Shown: positions 9,472-19,702 of the stretch, piece by piece
Position numbering within the stretch: the first letter of the stretch is position 1
How the letters are laid out: every line of letters starts with the position of its first letter
Assembly: GCA_947590905.1 (NCBI GenBank)
Contig: CANQCU010000003.1
Location: 18,968-82,967 of the forward strand
DNA from: an uncultured Clostridia bacterium
Lineage (GTDB): Bacteria > Bacillota > Clostridia > TANB77 > CAG-508
DNA: 64,000 nucleotides
Reading direction: 5' to 3'
Position numbers and translations under genes: made by a program
Notes under the pieces: model-generated
What the model was told of the DNA's origin: nothing
What the model saw: the letters and a program-made list of their open reading frames with translations, nothing else
Databases searched by the model: none

Positions 9472-11263
9472 ATATCCAAAATGGGTTTATTGTATTGGAC
9501 TAATTCCTACAATATGGTTAGCAATTTTAGTAGCACCATCTGTTAGTGGAGGGCTACCACAAATAATAAAAGATTTTTCTGATATTATAGGTAATCCTCT
9601 CCACCTAACTTGGTGTAGTAATTCATTAAAAGTCATAATTATATTTATAATTTGCTATTTTATGGCAATAACGATTTATTTATCTACTAAAAAGAATTAT
9701 CGTAGGAGAGAAGAACACGGCTCTGCAAAATGGGGTAATGCAACCGAAATAAATAAGAAATACAAACAAACTCCAATAAGTCAAAATAAAATACTAACAC
9801 AAAATGTTTCAATAGGTCTAAATGGCAAAAAGCATAGAAGAAACTTAAATGTATTGGTATGTGGTGGTAGTGGAGCAGGAAAGACAAGATTTTACTGTAA
9901 GCCTAATGTAATGCAATGTAATACTTCAATGGTAATTCTTGATCCAAAAGGAGAAATTGTAAGAGATACAGGTGCATTACTTGAAAAGCAAGGATATGAA
10001 GTGAAAGTATTAGATTTAATCAATATGGAAAAAAGCCATTGTTATAATCCATTTGTATATTTAAAATCTGATAATGATGTTCAAAAGTTGGTCACTAATC
10101 TATTTAAAGCAACAACGCCAAAGGGTAGTCAAAGTAATGATCCATTCTGGGATACGGCAGCAAGTATGTTATTATTAGCACTTGTTTTTTATTTAAAATA
10201 TGAAGCACCAGAAGATGAGCAAAACTTCCCAATGGTTATGGAACTTTTAAGAGCAGGAGAAGTACACGAAGATGATGATTCATATATAAGTCCATTAGAT
10301 GTTCTATTTAATAGATTAGAAGCAAGAGAGCCAGAACATATTGCAGTCAAATATTATAGAGATTATCATTCTGGTAGTGCTAAAACTTTGAAATCTATAC
10401 AGATAACACTTGCTTCAAGACTTGAAAAATTTAATCTTGAAAGTCTTGCTTCATTAACTGCAACTGATGAATTAGACTTGCCAAGTTTAGGAGAAAAGAA
10501 AACAGCATTATTTGCACTTATTCCAGATAATGATACAAGTTTTAATTTTCTAGTTAGTATTTTATATACGCAACTGTTTCAACAGTTGTTTTTTTTAGCA
10601 GACCACAAGTATGGTGGAAGTTTGCCAGTACACGTTCATTTTGTAATGGACGAGTTTGCTAATGTAAGTTTGCCTGACGATTTTGACAAAATACTTTCAG
10701 TTATGCGTTCAAGAGAAGTTTCAGTTTCTATCATTTTACAAAATTTAGCACAATTAAAAGCCTTATTTGAAAAACAATGGGAATCAATAATAGGAAATTG
10801 TGATGAGTTTTTGTATCTTGGAGGAAATGAACAATCAACGCACAAGTATGTATCAGAATTACTAGGTAAAGAAACTATTGATACCAATACTTATGGAAAG
10901 AGTAGTGGTAGAAGTGGTAATTATTCAACTAACTATCAAATAAGTGGTAGAGAGTTATTGACTCCTGATGAAGTAAGGTTGCTTGATAATCAGTATGCAA
11001 TTCTATTTATTCGTGGAGAAAGACCAGTTATGGATTTTAAATATGATATTTTAAAGCACCCTAATGTAGCATTTACAACTGATGGAAAAGAAAAGCCTTA
11101 TTTACACGGAGGAACAGAAAATGCTATTGCTTCAATTATAGTGGATGAAAATATAGATAATTATGATTTTACAGAAATTGAAGAAATAGCAGACAATTAT
11201 GAGTTAATTACTTCTGATGAAGTAGAAGAATATTTTAAAAGGAAAGAGGAGAATAGAAAATGA
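9455..11263 (+). CDS. type IV coupling protein (VirD4/TraG family)
   Basis: N-terminal TM helices. Walker A motif VLVCGGSGAGKT. Size and layout are typical of a T4CP. Confidence 0.75.
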   Translation: MKSDIEYPKWVYCIGLIPTIWLAILVAPSVSGGLPQIIKDFSDIIGNPLHLTWCSNSLKVIIIFIICYFMAITIYLSTKKNYRRREEHGSAKWGNATEINKKYKQTPISQNKILTQNVSIGLNGKKHRRNLNVLVCGGSGAGKTRFYCKPNVMQCNTSMVILDPKGEIVRDTGALLEKQGYEVKVLDLINMEKSHCYNPFVYLKSDNDVQKLVTNLFKATTPKGSQSNDPFWDTAASMLLLALVFYLKYEAPEDEQNFPMVMELLRAGEVHEDDDSYISPLDVLFNRLEAREPEHIAVKYYRDYHSGSAKTLKSIQITLASRLEKFNLESLASLTATDELDLPSLGEKKTALFALIPDNDTSFNFLVSILYTQLFQQLFFLADHKYGGSLPVHVHFVMDEFANVSLPDDFDKILSVMRSREVSVSIILQNLAQLKALFEKQWESIIGNCDEFLYLGGNEQSTHKYVSELLGKETIDTNTYGKSSGRSGNYSTNYQISGRELLTPDEVRLLDNQYAILFIRGERPVMDFKYDILKHPNVAFTTDGKEKPYLHGGTENAIASIIVDENIDNYDFTEIEEIADNYELITSDEVEEYFKRKEENRK

Positions 11264-11595
11264 AAGAAAAAAATAAAAAATTAAAAATGAGCAGTAAAGG
11301 TAAGAAGTTATTTAAGATGTATGTTTTTGGAGTAATGGCATTTACTCTAACTGTTGGAACAAGTATGACAGTTTTAGCAGCAGATGATCCTATGGCAGTA
11401 GTAAATAACTTATCAAACTTTATTTTTGGTTTAATTAGAGCAATAGGAATGATTCTTTTAGGATTTGGTATTGTTCAAGTTGGTTTATCATTAAAAAGCC
11501 ACGATCCTAGTCAAAGAGCAAATGGTTTTTTAACAGTAGCAGGTGGTATCATTATCACTTTTGCAAAAGAAATCTTAAATATGATTACAGGTTAA
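11260..11595 (+). CDS. small membrane protein, VirB2/TrbC pilin-like (signal peptide plus two hydrophobic segments)
   Basis: Signal-like N-terminus and a hydrophobic hairpin. Followed by an intrinsic terminator, as expected for a highly expressed pilin-like gene. Confidence 0.4.
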   Translation: MKEKNKKLKMSSKGKKLFKMYVFGVMAFTLTVGTSMTVLAADDPMAVVNNLSNFIFGLIRAIGMILLGFGIVQVGLSLKSHDPSQRANGFLTVAGGIIITFAKEILNMITG

Positions 11596-11602
11596 AAATT
11601 AT

Positions 11603-11638
11603 CAATGGGGTAAGTAATACTTGCCCCTTATTTTTTAT
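11603..11638 (+). terminator. intrinsic terminator after the pilin-like gene
   Basis: Hairpin GGGGTAAG ... CTTGCCCC (one G-U pair) followed by TTATTTTTTAT. Confidence 0.4.
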
Positions 11639-11655
11639 ACAAGGAGGTGTAAATA

Positions 11656-12492
11656 TTGAGTGATAATTGGGTAGTGCAGAATTTACAAAATGCACTAGAT
11701 ACTTGGAATTCAAAACTAGGAGAGATATGGCAATTAGTTACGCAAACACCAGAAACTTTTAAAGGTGGTGCAATATGGAATGTTATTAAAAATATTCACG
11801 GTGCAGTTCAAGCAATAGGACTTGCTCTTTTAGTGTTATTCTTTGTTGTTGGAGTAATGAAAACTTGTGGCTCAATAGCCGAAGTTAAAAAGCCAGAACA
11901 CGCATTAAAATTGTTTATTAGATTTGCAATAGCAAAGATAGTTGTGACTTATGGACTAGATTTAATGTTGTCATTATTTAAAATAGTGCAAGGTGTAATA
12001 TCAACAATTATTTCTGCTTCTGGTTTAGGTGGTGCAAGTTCTACAACTCTACCACAACAGATTATAACATCAGTAGAAAATTGTGGATTCTTTGAATCAA
12101 TACCACTATGGGCAGTCACTTTAATAGGAGGACTATTTATAACAGTTTTATCTTTTATAATGATTATGACTGTATATGGTAGATTCTTCAAATTATATTT
12201 ATATACTGCAATAGCACCTGTACCTTTATCTACTTTTGCAGGAGAGCCAACACAAAATGTAGGTAAAAGTTTTATTAAATCATACTGTGCTGTTTGTTTA
12301 GAGGGAGCAATAATCGTACTTGCTTGTATCATCTTTTCGTTATTTGCTAGTTCGCCACCAGTAGTGGACGCAAATGCAGCAGCCGTTACGCAAGTTTGGA
12401 AATATATTGGAGAATTAGTATTCAATATGCTTGTGTTAGTAGGAACAATTAAATTGTCAGATAGAGTTGTTCGTGAAATGATGGGATTATAA
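11656..12492 (+). CDS. polytopic membrane protein, VirB6/TrbL-like
   Basis: Multiple hydrophobic helices. Position between pilin-like and VirB3/VirB4 genes. Confidence 0.45.
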   Translation: MSDNWVVQNLQNALDTWNSKLGEIWQLVTQTPETFKGGAIWNVIKNIHGAVQAIGLALLVLFFVVGVMKTCGSIAEVKKPEHALKLFIRFAIAKIVVTYGLDLMLSLFKIVQGVISTIISASGLGGASSTTLPQQIITSVENCGFFESIPLWAVTLIGGLFITVLSFIMIMTVYGRFFKLYLYTAIAPVPLSTFAGEPTQNVGKSFIKSYCAVCLEGAIIVLACIIFSLFASSPPVVDANAAAVTQVWKYIGELVFNMLVLVGTIKLSDRVVREMMGL

Positions 12493-12506
12493 AGGAGAGT
12501 AATTTT

Positions 12507-12803
12507 ATGAAATATTTTGTGACACATATTTTAGACAAAGATGAAAGAATAAAATATGAAAATATGGGACTTTTCTGTTATGACCTACGAGAGAGTGACT
12601 TTGGTAATGAAATAGCCACTATTGAAAAAAGAGTATTGGTAAACAGAATAGGATCAATGATTACAAATAAAGAAATTAAATTAGGAGATAAACCTAATAA
12701 TGATTATGTGGATTACAACGAATTTGTATCTCATAATAAATCAGTAAATACTGTAAATGAATTATTAACAAAAAATAAATCAAAGAATATGGAGGAAAGA
12801 TAA
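12507..12803 (+). CDS. hypothetical protein
   Basis: ORF with RBS aaggagag. No recognised domain. Confidence 0.25.
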   Translation: MKYFVTHILDKDERIKYENMGLFCYDLRESDFGNEIATIEKRVLVNRIGSMITNKEIKLGDKPNNDYVDYNEFVSHNKSVNTVNELLTKNKSKNMEER

Positions 12804-13981
12804 TGGAAGAAAAAGTTAATAAAGTAAAAAATGAAATAGAATCTTTTTTAAAAGACAATGTAGAACATCAAGATAAGCACATTGATTATATTATGATAGA
12901 TCCAAATACAAAAGAAACTTTTACTTTTGCAAGTGATGGACTAGAAAAAATGATTATGTTAAAGGAAAAGGAAAATGGATATTCAGATATACCAGAATGG
13001 GATTTTAACTTTGATGACTATATATTTTATCAATTAGAACAAGATTTAAAAATTGGATTTATAAGTGATGAAACACATTATAATATATGGAATTCACTTA
13101 AAGAACTTTATCCAGAAGATATCAATAACAAAGATGGAGTGCAAAAATATTTACAATTTTGTGCAGATAATGGAATAACAAAAGAATATTTAGATTCAGC
13201 AAATAAATTAGATACACCAGATATTATGCAACATTTTGAAGGACTAGCATTATTTGAAACAATGGAATATAAAGGCTATGTAATTGAAGCAGATGATACT
13301 AATTTAGATAATAGTAAAGAAAATCTAGTTAATATCTATGAAAATAAGGAAGATTATGAGAAAAAAGAGCCAATAGAAACAGTATCTTTAAATACCATAG
13401 GACTAAAACAAAATGTAAGAGATTATATTGATGAATTTTATGTTGATAAAACTGTAATTGATAAAGATAAAGCATACTTTACTTTTGTTTTAGGATATGA
13501 CTTATTAAATGATATGTTATCAAAGTCTTCAATGCCAGAAAATGATATTAGTTATGACTTTTGTAGTCGTATAGCAGATAAATTTATGAATAGTCAAGAA
13601 TATAAAAATCTTAATCATTCTGCTTATGAAATGTTAGAACAATGGGTAAATGATAGAAAAGATTTAATTCAACAAGAATATTCTGATTTTATAGGATTAG
13701 AAAATCCTAATAAAACAAGAATGTTAGATAATGGTATTTTTGTTTTAGATTTAGGATATAGAAATAATCAACCTGTTGCATTAGTTGAAAGACATTTTGA
13801 TAATACAAAAGAATATATTATTGCTTTTAATTATAAGATAACTGATAACAAAATAGACTGGGCTTATGGTAATTACTATGGCACTGATATATCAAAAGCA
13901 AAAAATGACTTTGATAAAGTTTTAAAAGGTGGTAATTTAGCCGATACTTTTGAAAATAAAAAACACGATAAAGAAAGGTAA
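12803..13981 (+). CDS. hypothetical acidic protein of conjugation module
   Basis: 392-aa Asp/Glu-rich ORF whose start overlaps the stop of the upstream ORF. No recognised domain. Confidence 0.3.
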   Translation: MEEKVNKVKNEIESFLKDNVEHQDKHIDYIMIDPNTKETFTFASDGLEKMIMLKEKENGYSDIPEWDFNFDDYIFYQLEQDLKIGFISDETHYNIWNSLKELYPEDINNKDGVQKYLQFCADNGITKEYLDSANKLDTPDIMQHFEGLALFETMEYKGYVIEADDTNLDNSKENLVNIYENKEDYEKKEPIETVSLNTIGLKQNVRDYIDEFYVDKTVIDKDKAYFTFVLGYDLLNDMLSKSSMPENDISYDFCSRIADKFMNSQEYKNLNHSAYEMLEQWVNDRKDLIQQEYSDFIGLENPNKTRMLDNGIFVLDLGYRNNQPVALVERHFDNTKEYIIAFNYKITDNKIDWAYGNYYGTDISKAKNDFDKVLKGGNLADTFENKKHDKER

Positions 13982-14276
13982 AACAAGTATGGAAAAAAGT
14001 ATAATGAATCTAAAAAAAAATGATAGGGTGCAAAATCAATTTGCACTCTATTATTTATTAGATAATGGAAAACAAAATATGTTAGATGAAAAATTTGTTT
14101 CTGATTTAAAAGAATCAATAAACAAAAGAAATGATAATAATAGTATCATTACTAATGACTTTGCCATTGGTGCAGTAGATATTGCAGTGGAAATGGCAAA
14201 ATATAGTCATCAAGATATATATAATTTTATTTATGATGATGTAAAAGAACAAAAAAGACAAGAAAGGAGTAGATAG
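13950..14276 (+). CDS. hypothetical protein
   Basis: ORF overlapping its neighbours. No recognised domain. Confidence 0.25.
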   Translation: MKIKNTIKKGKTSMEKSIMNLKKNDRVQNQFALYYLLDNGKQNMLDEKFVSDLKESINKRNDNNSIITNDFAIGAVDIAVEMAKYSHQDIYNFIYDDVKEQKRQERSR

Positions 14277-14278
14277 AG

Positions 14279-14656
14279 TTGGAAGTAAAAATAAATAGAG
14301 AAATAAGAAACTATACTGAAAGTATATTTTTTGGACTGTCTTTAAGGCAGTTCATTTTTTCTATACTCGCTTGTGGAGTTGCAGTTTTACTTTATTTTTT
14401 ATTAAAAGATAAGTTTGGAATTGAAACATTATCTTGGGTATGTATTTTAGGTGCTGCACCTTTTGCTGCCATAGGTTTTATTACTTATAACGGTATGAGT
14501 GCAGAACAATTTATTTATGCCTGGATCAAATCAGAGTTTCTAATTCCTAAACATTTAACTTTTAAACCTACAAATTTTTATTATGAATTATTAAAAGATA
14601 AATTAGAAAAGGAGGAGAATAATGAAAACATTGAGAACATTGTTCAAACAAGATAA
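14279..14656 (+). CDS. VirB3/PrgI-like small membrane protein (Tn916 Orf17-like)
   Basis: About 125 aa, two TM helices, immediately upstream of and overlapping the VirB4 gene. Confidence 0.45.
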   Translation: MEVKINREIRNYTESIFFGLSLRQFIFSILACGVAVLLYFLLKDKFGIETLSWVCILGAAPFAAIGFITYNGMSAEQFIYAWIKSEFLIPKHLTFKPTNFYYELLKDKLEKEENNENIENIVQTR

Positions 14657-16955
14657 AGAATCATTTGTAGTACCAAAAGGAATACAAGATGTTATTCCTA
14701 TAACAAGAATATGGGAAGATGGAATATTCCAAATAGGAAAAAATAAATATTCTAAATGCTACCGATTTACAGATATAAATTATGCAGTAGCAAGTAGAAG
14801 TGATAAAGAGGGTATGTTTTTGCAATATAGTGAATTATTAAATTCATTTGATACTGGTGCGACAACAAAGATAACAATTTTAAATAGAAGATTAAATAAA
14901 ATAGATTTTGAAAAAACTATTTTACTACCACTAGCACAAGATAATCTTGATGAATATAGACAAGAATATAACAAAATGCTTTTAGATAAAGCAACTGGTG
15001 CAAATGGTATAACACAAGAAAAGTTTATAACTATTTCAGTTAATAAAAAGAATATTGAAGAAGCAAAGAATTATTTTGCAAGAATAGGAGCAGACTTAAT
15101 AAGTCATTTTTCACAATTAGGATCAAAATGTATTGAATTAGACGCAGTTGATAGACTTCGCTTATATCACGATTTCTATCGTGCAGGGGAAGAAAATGCT
15201 TTCAATTTTGATATGATTCAAAATATGAGAAAAGGTCATAGTTTCAAAGATTTTATTTGTCCAGATACTTTTGAATTTGAAAGCGATTATTTTAAAATGG
15301 GCAATCGCTATGGTAGAGTAATATTTCTAAAAGAATATGCTAGTTATATTAAAGATAATATGGTAGCAGAATTAACAGACTTAAATAGAAATTTAATGAT
15401 GAGTATTGATGTTATTCCTATACCAATGGACGAAGCAGTTAGAGAAGTAGAAAATAGAAGATTAGGTGTTGAAACGAATATAACGAATTGGCAGAGAAGA
15501 CAAAATTCAAATAATAATTTTAGTGCAGTAATCCCTTATGATTTGGAACAACAAAGAAATGAATCAAAAGAATTTCTTGATGATTTAACAACTCGTGACC
15601 AAAGAATGTTTGTATCAGTTTTAACAATGGTGCATACAGCAGATAGTAAAGAACAACTTGACCAAGATACAGAAAGTTTATTGACTACTGCAAGAAAACA
15701 TTTATGTCAATTTTCAATATTAAAGTTTCAACAAATGGACGGACTTAATACTGCAATGCCTTATGGTGTTAGAAAAATAGATACTTTAAGAACATTAACT
15801 ACGGAATCATTAGCAGTTTTTATGCCTTTTAGAGTACAAGAAATAAATCACGAAAATGGTATTTACTATGGACAAAATGTAATAAGTAAAAATATGATTA
15901 TTGCAGATAGAAGACAGTTATTAAATGGTAATTCATTTATTTTAGGTGTAAGTGGAAGTGGTAAGTCATTTACAGGAAAAAATGAAATAGTATCTGTTAT
16001 ACTTCGTGATCCAAATGCTGATGTAATAGTAATTGATCCAGAAAGAGAATATTCCCAACTAATAAATGCACTAGGTGGAGAAGTAATCCATATTTCTGCA
16101 ACAAGTGAAAATCATATTAACGCTATGGACTTAAATAGTGAATATGGAGATGGAGCAAATCCAGTAATTTTAAAATCAGAGTTTATTCTTTCGCTTTGTG
16201 AACAGTTAATTGGTGGGAACAATTTAGGTCCAAAGCAAAAGTCAATTATAGACAGATGTACTGCACAAGTATATAGACACTATCAACAAGGAAACTATCA
16301 AGGAACTCCACCAACATTACAAGATTTTAGAGAGGAACTACTAAAACAAAATGAGCCAGAAGCAAGAGAAATAGCACTTGCTATTGAATTATTTACAAAT
16401 GGTAGTTTAAATACTTTTGCTAAAAATACTAATGTTGATACTAATAATAGATTATTGTGTTATGACATTCTTGATTTAGGAAAACAATTATTGCCTATTG
16501 GTATGTTAGTAGTGCTTGATAGTATTTTAAATAGAATAACAATGAACAGAAGTAAAGGTAGAAATACCTTTATTTTTATTGATGAAATATATCTTTTATT
16601 TCAACACGAATATTCAGCAAACTTTTTATTTACTTTATGGAAGCGTGTTCGTAAATATGGAGCATATTGTACTGGTATAACACAAAATGTTGATGATTTA
16701 TTACAAAGTCATACTGCAAGAACAATGTTAGCCAATTCAGAGTTTATAGTTATGCTTAATCAAGCAAGTACAGATAGATTAGAACTTGCGAAACTATTAA
16801 ATATATCAGATTTACAAATGGGATATATAACAAATGTAGGAGCAGGACAAGGACTACTTAAAGTAGGAAGTTCATTAGTACCATTTGTTAATAAATTCCC
16901 AACAAACACAAAACTTTATAAGTTGATGACAACGAAACCTGGCGAAGGCAACTAA
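14622..16955 (+). CDS. VirB4-family conjugal transfer ATPase
   Basis: 777 aa. Walker A motif GVSGSGKSF, with a Walker B-like region further downstream. Typical VirB4 size. Confidence 0.8.
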   Translation: MKTLRTLFKQDKESFVVPKGIQDVIPITRIWEDGIFQIGKNKYSKCYRFTDINYAVASRSDKEGMFLQYSELLNSFDTGATTKITILNRRLNKIDFEKTILLPLAQDNLDEYRQEYNKMLLDKATGANGITQEKFITISVNKKNIEEAKNYFARIGADLISHFSQLGSKCIELDAVDRLRLYHDFYRAGEENAFNFDMIQNMRKGHSFKDFICPDTFEFESDYFKMGNRYGRVIFLKEYASYIKDNMVAELTDLNRNLMMSIDVIPIPMDEAVREVENRRLGVETNITNWQRRQNSNNNFSAVIPYDLEQQRNESKEFLDDLTTRDQRMFVSVLTMVHTADSKEQLDQDTESLLTTARKHLCQFSILKFQQMDGLNTAMPYGVRKIDTLRTLTTESLAVFMPFRVQEINHENGIYYGQNVISKNMIIADRRQLLNGNSFILGVSGSGKSFTGKNEIVSVILRDPNADVIVIDPEREYSQLINALGGEVIHISATSENHINAMDLNSEYGDGANPVILKSEFILSLCEQLIGGNNLGPKQKSIIDRCTAQVYRHYQQGNYQGTPPTLQDFREELLKQNEPEAREIALAIELFTNGSLNTFAKNTNVDTNNRLLCYDILDLGKQLLPIGMLVVLDSILNRITMNRSKGRNTFIFIDEIYLLFQHEYSANFLFTLWKRVRKYGAYCTGITQNVDDLLQSHTARTMLANSEFIVMLNQASTDRLELAKLLNISDLQMGYITNVGAGQGLLKVGSSLVPFVNKFPTNTKLYKLMTTKPGEGN

Positions 16956-16965
16956 TTATTAGGAG

Positions 16966-18609
16966 GTGGTTATCTTGTCAGATATAAAAGTAAGAGATAT
17001 TGCTAGTAAAGGTGTAAAAACTATTGATAAAGCAGTAATACAAACAGAAAGATTTAAAGATACCATAGTTAGAACAAAAGAAAAAGCAGAAGAAACTGTT
17101 AATAGTGATTCTAATATAAACGAATATGGTAGTAATAAAATTAAATTTGCTACTAATAGAGGAACTGATGAAACAATCCATCAATTTAATAAACAAGGAC
17201 AAAAGGCAGTTTTAAAAACAAAAGAAAACTACCAAAAGTCTAAAATGAAAATAAAGGCATTTAAAAATAAAATGGATATTAAAAGGACTTCAAAAACTGC
17301 CGTAAAAAACACAAAAAATACCATTAAGACAAGTAAAGAAGTTGCGAAGAATACTAAAAAAGTAGCACAAGAATCAGTTAAGGCAAGTCAAAGAGCAATA
17401 AAACTTGCACGAGAAACTGCTAGAAAAACTGCACAAGGAGTAAAGGTTGCAGTGAAAGCCACTATTTCAGCAGTAAAAGCAATTATTGCAGGGACAAAAG
17501 CATTGATTGCTGCAATAGTTGCAGGTGGTTGGGTAGCAGTTGTAGTAATTATTGTCATTTGTTTAGTTGGATTATTGTTAAGTTCAATATTTGGAATATT
17601 TTTTTCTGGCGAAAAAACAAGTGATAATGGAATTACTATGAAAGAAGTAATTGCAGAATGTAATCAAGAATTTACAGATAAAATACAGACTATTCAAAGC
17701 CAAAATACTTATGAAGAATATGTACTAGATGGAAATTTAGTACCTTGGAAAGATGTATTACTTGTTTATACTATAAAAATATCTAATGGAATAAATGAAC
17801 AAGATGTAATAACAATAGATGATAATAAAAAAGCAACTTTTAAACAAATCTTTTGGGATATGAATAGTGTTTCATCAGAAGTGAAAACCGAAACTGTCAC
17901 AGAACGAGGAGTTAATGAAGACGAAAAGCCAAAAGAAGTTCAAAAGCAAGTTCTTCATATTAAAATAACAAATAAAACAGTAGAAGAAATGAAAAGTCAG
18001 TATAATTTTTCTCCTGCTCAAAATAAGCAACTAGCAGAATTATCTAGTGACAAATATGCTAGTTTGTGGAATGGTGCAGTTTATGGCTTACAAGAAACGG
18101 GAGATTTTATAAATTGGAGGCAAAGAGGTGCTAGTTGGTCTAATATTAGAATTGGAAATACAAGTAGTACAATAGGAGATATTGGTTGTTTAGTCACTTC
18201 AATAGCAATATTGATTCAGAAATCTGGTGTAAGTACCTCAATGATACCATTTAATCCTGGAACTTTTGTAGAAGCACTTAATAATAATGGTGGATTTGAT
18301 AGTGGAGGTAATTTACAGTATGCAGCCGTTAATAAAGTAGTTCCAGATTTTAAATATGTTGGAAATGTTAATTTAAGAGGAAAAACAAGAGAAGAAAAAT
18401 TAGCGTTAATAGTACAATATTTTAATCAAGGATATTATATTACTTCCGAAGTAAAAGGAGCAACACCAGGTAATCAACATTGGGTAGCAATAATTGGAAT
18501 AAATGATAAAAATATTGTAATGGTTGATCCTGCAACAGACCATACAGATATGTGGAACGCATACGAATATAGTAAAACCTCACAATTTAATTATTTTAAG
18601 GCAAATTAA
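16966..18609 (+). CDS. membrane-anchored cell-wall hydrolase, CHAP/NlpC-P60 papain-like peptidase (Tn916 Orf14-like)
   Basis: Lys-rich coiled-coil N-terminal half, then a TM helix. The C-terminal domain has a Cys (IGDIGCLVTS) followed by a His (GNQHWVAIIG) in papain-like order. Confidence 0.6.
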   Translation: MVILSDIKVRDIASKGVKTIDKAVIQTERFKDTIVRTKEKAEETVNSDSNINEYGSNKIKFATNRGTDETIHQFNKQGQKAVLKTKENYQKSKMKIKAFKNKMDIKRTSKTAVKNTKNTIKTSKEVAKNTKKVAQESVKASQRAIKLARETARKTAQGVKVAVKATISAVKAIIAGTKALIAAIVAGGWVAVVVIIVICLVGLLLSSIFGIFFSGEKTSDNGITMKEVIAECNQEFTDKIQTIQSQNTYEEYVLDGNLVPWKDVLLVYTIKISNGINEQDVITIDDNKKATFKQIFWDMNSVSSEVKTETVTERGVNEDEKPKEVQKQVLHIKITNKTVEEMKSQYNFSPAQNKQLAELSSDKYASLWNGAVYGLQETGDFINWRQRGASWSNIRIGNTSSTIGDIGCLVTSIAILIQKSGVSTSMIPFNPGTFVEALNNNGGFDSGGNLQYAAVNKVVPDFKYVGNVNLRGKTREEKLALIVQYFNQGYYITSEVKGATPGNQHWVAIIGINDKNIVMVDPATDHTDMWNAYEYSKTSQFNYFKAN

Positions 18610-18753
18610 AATGATTTTATCAATAATTAAATTATTTATAGCAATGTTATTACTACTAACAAAATTAGATAAGGTTATTTCTAAATTTAAGAAATAGCCT
18701 TTATACATATAAAAAGTAAAATTATGGTATAATGTTTTTAGTGAGGTGTATAT

Positions 18754-19146
18754 ATGAGCAAAAATACACATACTTATACAATAGATGAAAGTAGTATTTT
18801 TGAAGCCGTTGATAATAAATTGGCAAGTTTAGATAAAGACACTTTATTAAAGATAAGAAAAAAACTTAAAGAGCAAAATGAAGATACAGAATTGATAGAC
18901 AAAGCACTTATGAATAAATCTAAACAAGAGCAACTAGCAAAAGAAGAAAATAAAAGTGGACTATTATCAACATTATTTGGTGTGTTTTTAGGTTTATCTG
19001 ATAATAAACATAATAAGAAAGAAAAGCAAACGGATTATTTAATGCCTTGGGAACAAGAAGAAGTTAAAAAAGGAAATTATGATCCTTGGAATTTTGAAGA
19101 AGAAGAATTGGAAGATGATGATTACTATAATGATGATTTAGATTAA
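18754..19146 (+). CDS. hypothetical acidic protein
   Basis: ORF with RBS gtgaggtg. No recognised domain. Confidence 0.3.
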   Translation: MSKNTHTYTIDESSIFEAVDNKLASLDKDTLLKIRKKLKEQNEDTELIDKALMNKSKQEQLAKEENKSGLLSTLFGVFLGLSDNKHNKKEKQTDYLMPWEQEEVKKGNYDPWNFEEEELEDDDYYNDDLD

Positions 19147-19157
19147 GGAGAAAATGT

Positions 19158-19385
19158 ATGAATCAAGATAAATTATTTGATTATTTGGTAGCCACAAATC
19201 AACTTGATGAATTTTTAGGGTATGAACTACCACAAGAAGTAAAAAAAGAATTAGAGGAATTGACTAAATCTTATAAAAATGATGAAATAACTGATGATGA
19301 AATTCAAGATGTTATTATGGGCATTGAATTAAAAAGCAATATTAGTTATGAAATATTATTTAATTACTTTAAGGAGCAAATATAA
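19158..19385 (+). CDS. hypothetical small acidic protein
   Basis: ORF with RBS aaggagaaaatg. Confidence 0.3.
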   Translation: MNQDKLFDYLVATNQLDEFLGYELPQEVKKELEELTKSYKNDEITDDEIQDVIMGIELKSNISYEILFNYFKEQI

Positions 19386-19409
19386 AAAAGACTATTCGGT
19401 GTGAATAGT

Positions 19410-19649
19410 CTAATCTTCTAAATTATCAGAGTCAAATAATGGAGAAGTATAAAACTCTCTTAAAGAAATTTTTAATGTTTTGCATACTTGATATATGACA
19501 GTTGAACTTGGATTATCAACTTTGCAATTAACAATATCTCTTAAAGTAGATGGAGGAATAGTGGACATTTCTGCTAATCGGTTAATGGTAATATCTTTTT
19601 CAGAACATAATTGTTCAATTCTTGAACTTAAAGCCTTTTTAAATAGCAT
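19410..19649 (-). CDS. XRE-family HTH repressor (Tn916 Orf9/ImmR-like position)
   Basis: Helix-turn-helix (ITINRLAEMSTIPPSTLRDIVN). Divergent from a strong sigma-A promoter with a palindromic operator. Its own terminator hairpin at 19389-19411 overlaps the stop codon. Confidence 0.6.
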   Translation of the reverse strand: MLFKKALSSRIEQLCSEKDITINRLAEMSTIPPSTLRDIVNCKVDNPSSTVIYQVCKTLKISLREFYTSPLFDSDNLED

Positions 19650-19702
19650 AAATCTCCCTCCTTTTCGTATAATATTTTATAAAAAAATAGGGAAAATTAT
19701 GC

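Noticed and set aside
18611-18697. 28-codon hydrophobic mini-ORF (MILSIIKLFIAMLLLLTKLDKVISKFKK) after the CHAP hydrolase gene
   Set aside because: Too short and without a convincing RBS. Noted only as a possible small membrane peptide.
19389-19411. AGACTATTC/GAATAGTCT hairpin as a third binding site for the factor recognising the GGGAAAATAGACTATTT motif
   Set aside because: It overlaps the XRE gene's stop codon and is followed on the minus strand by a U-tract, so it is adequately explained as that gene's intrinsic terminator. The shared 8-mer may be chance.
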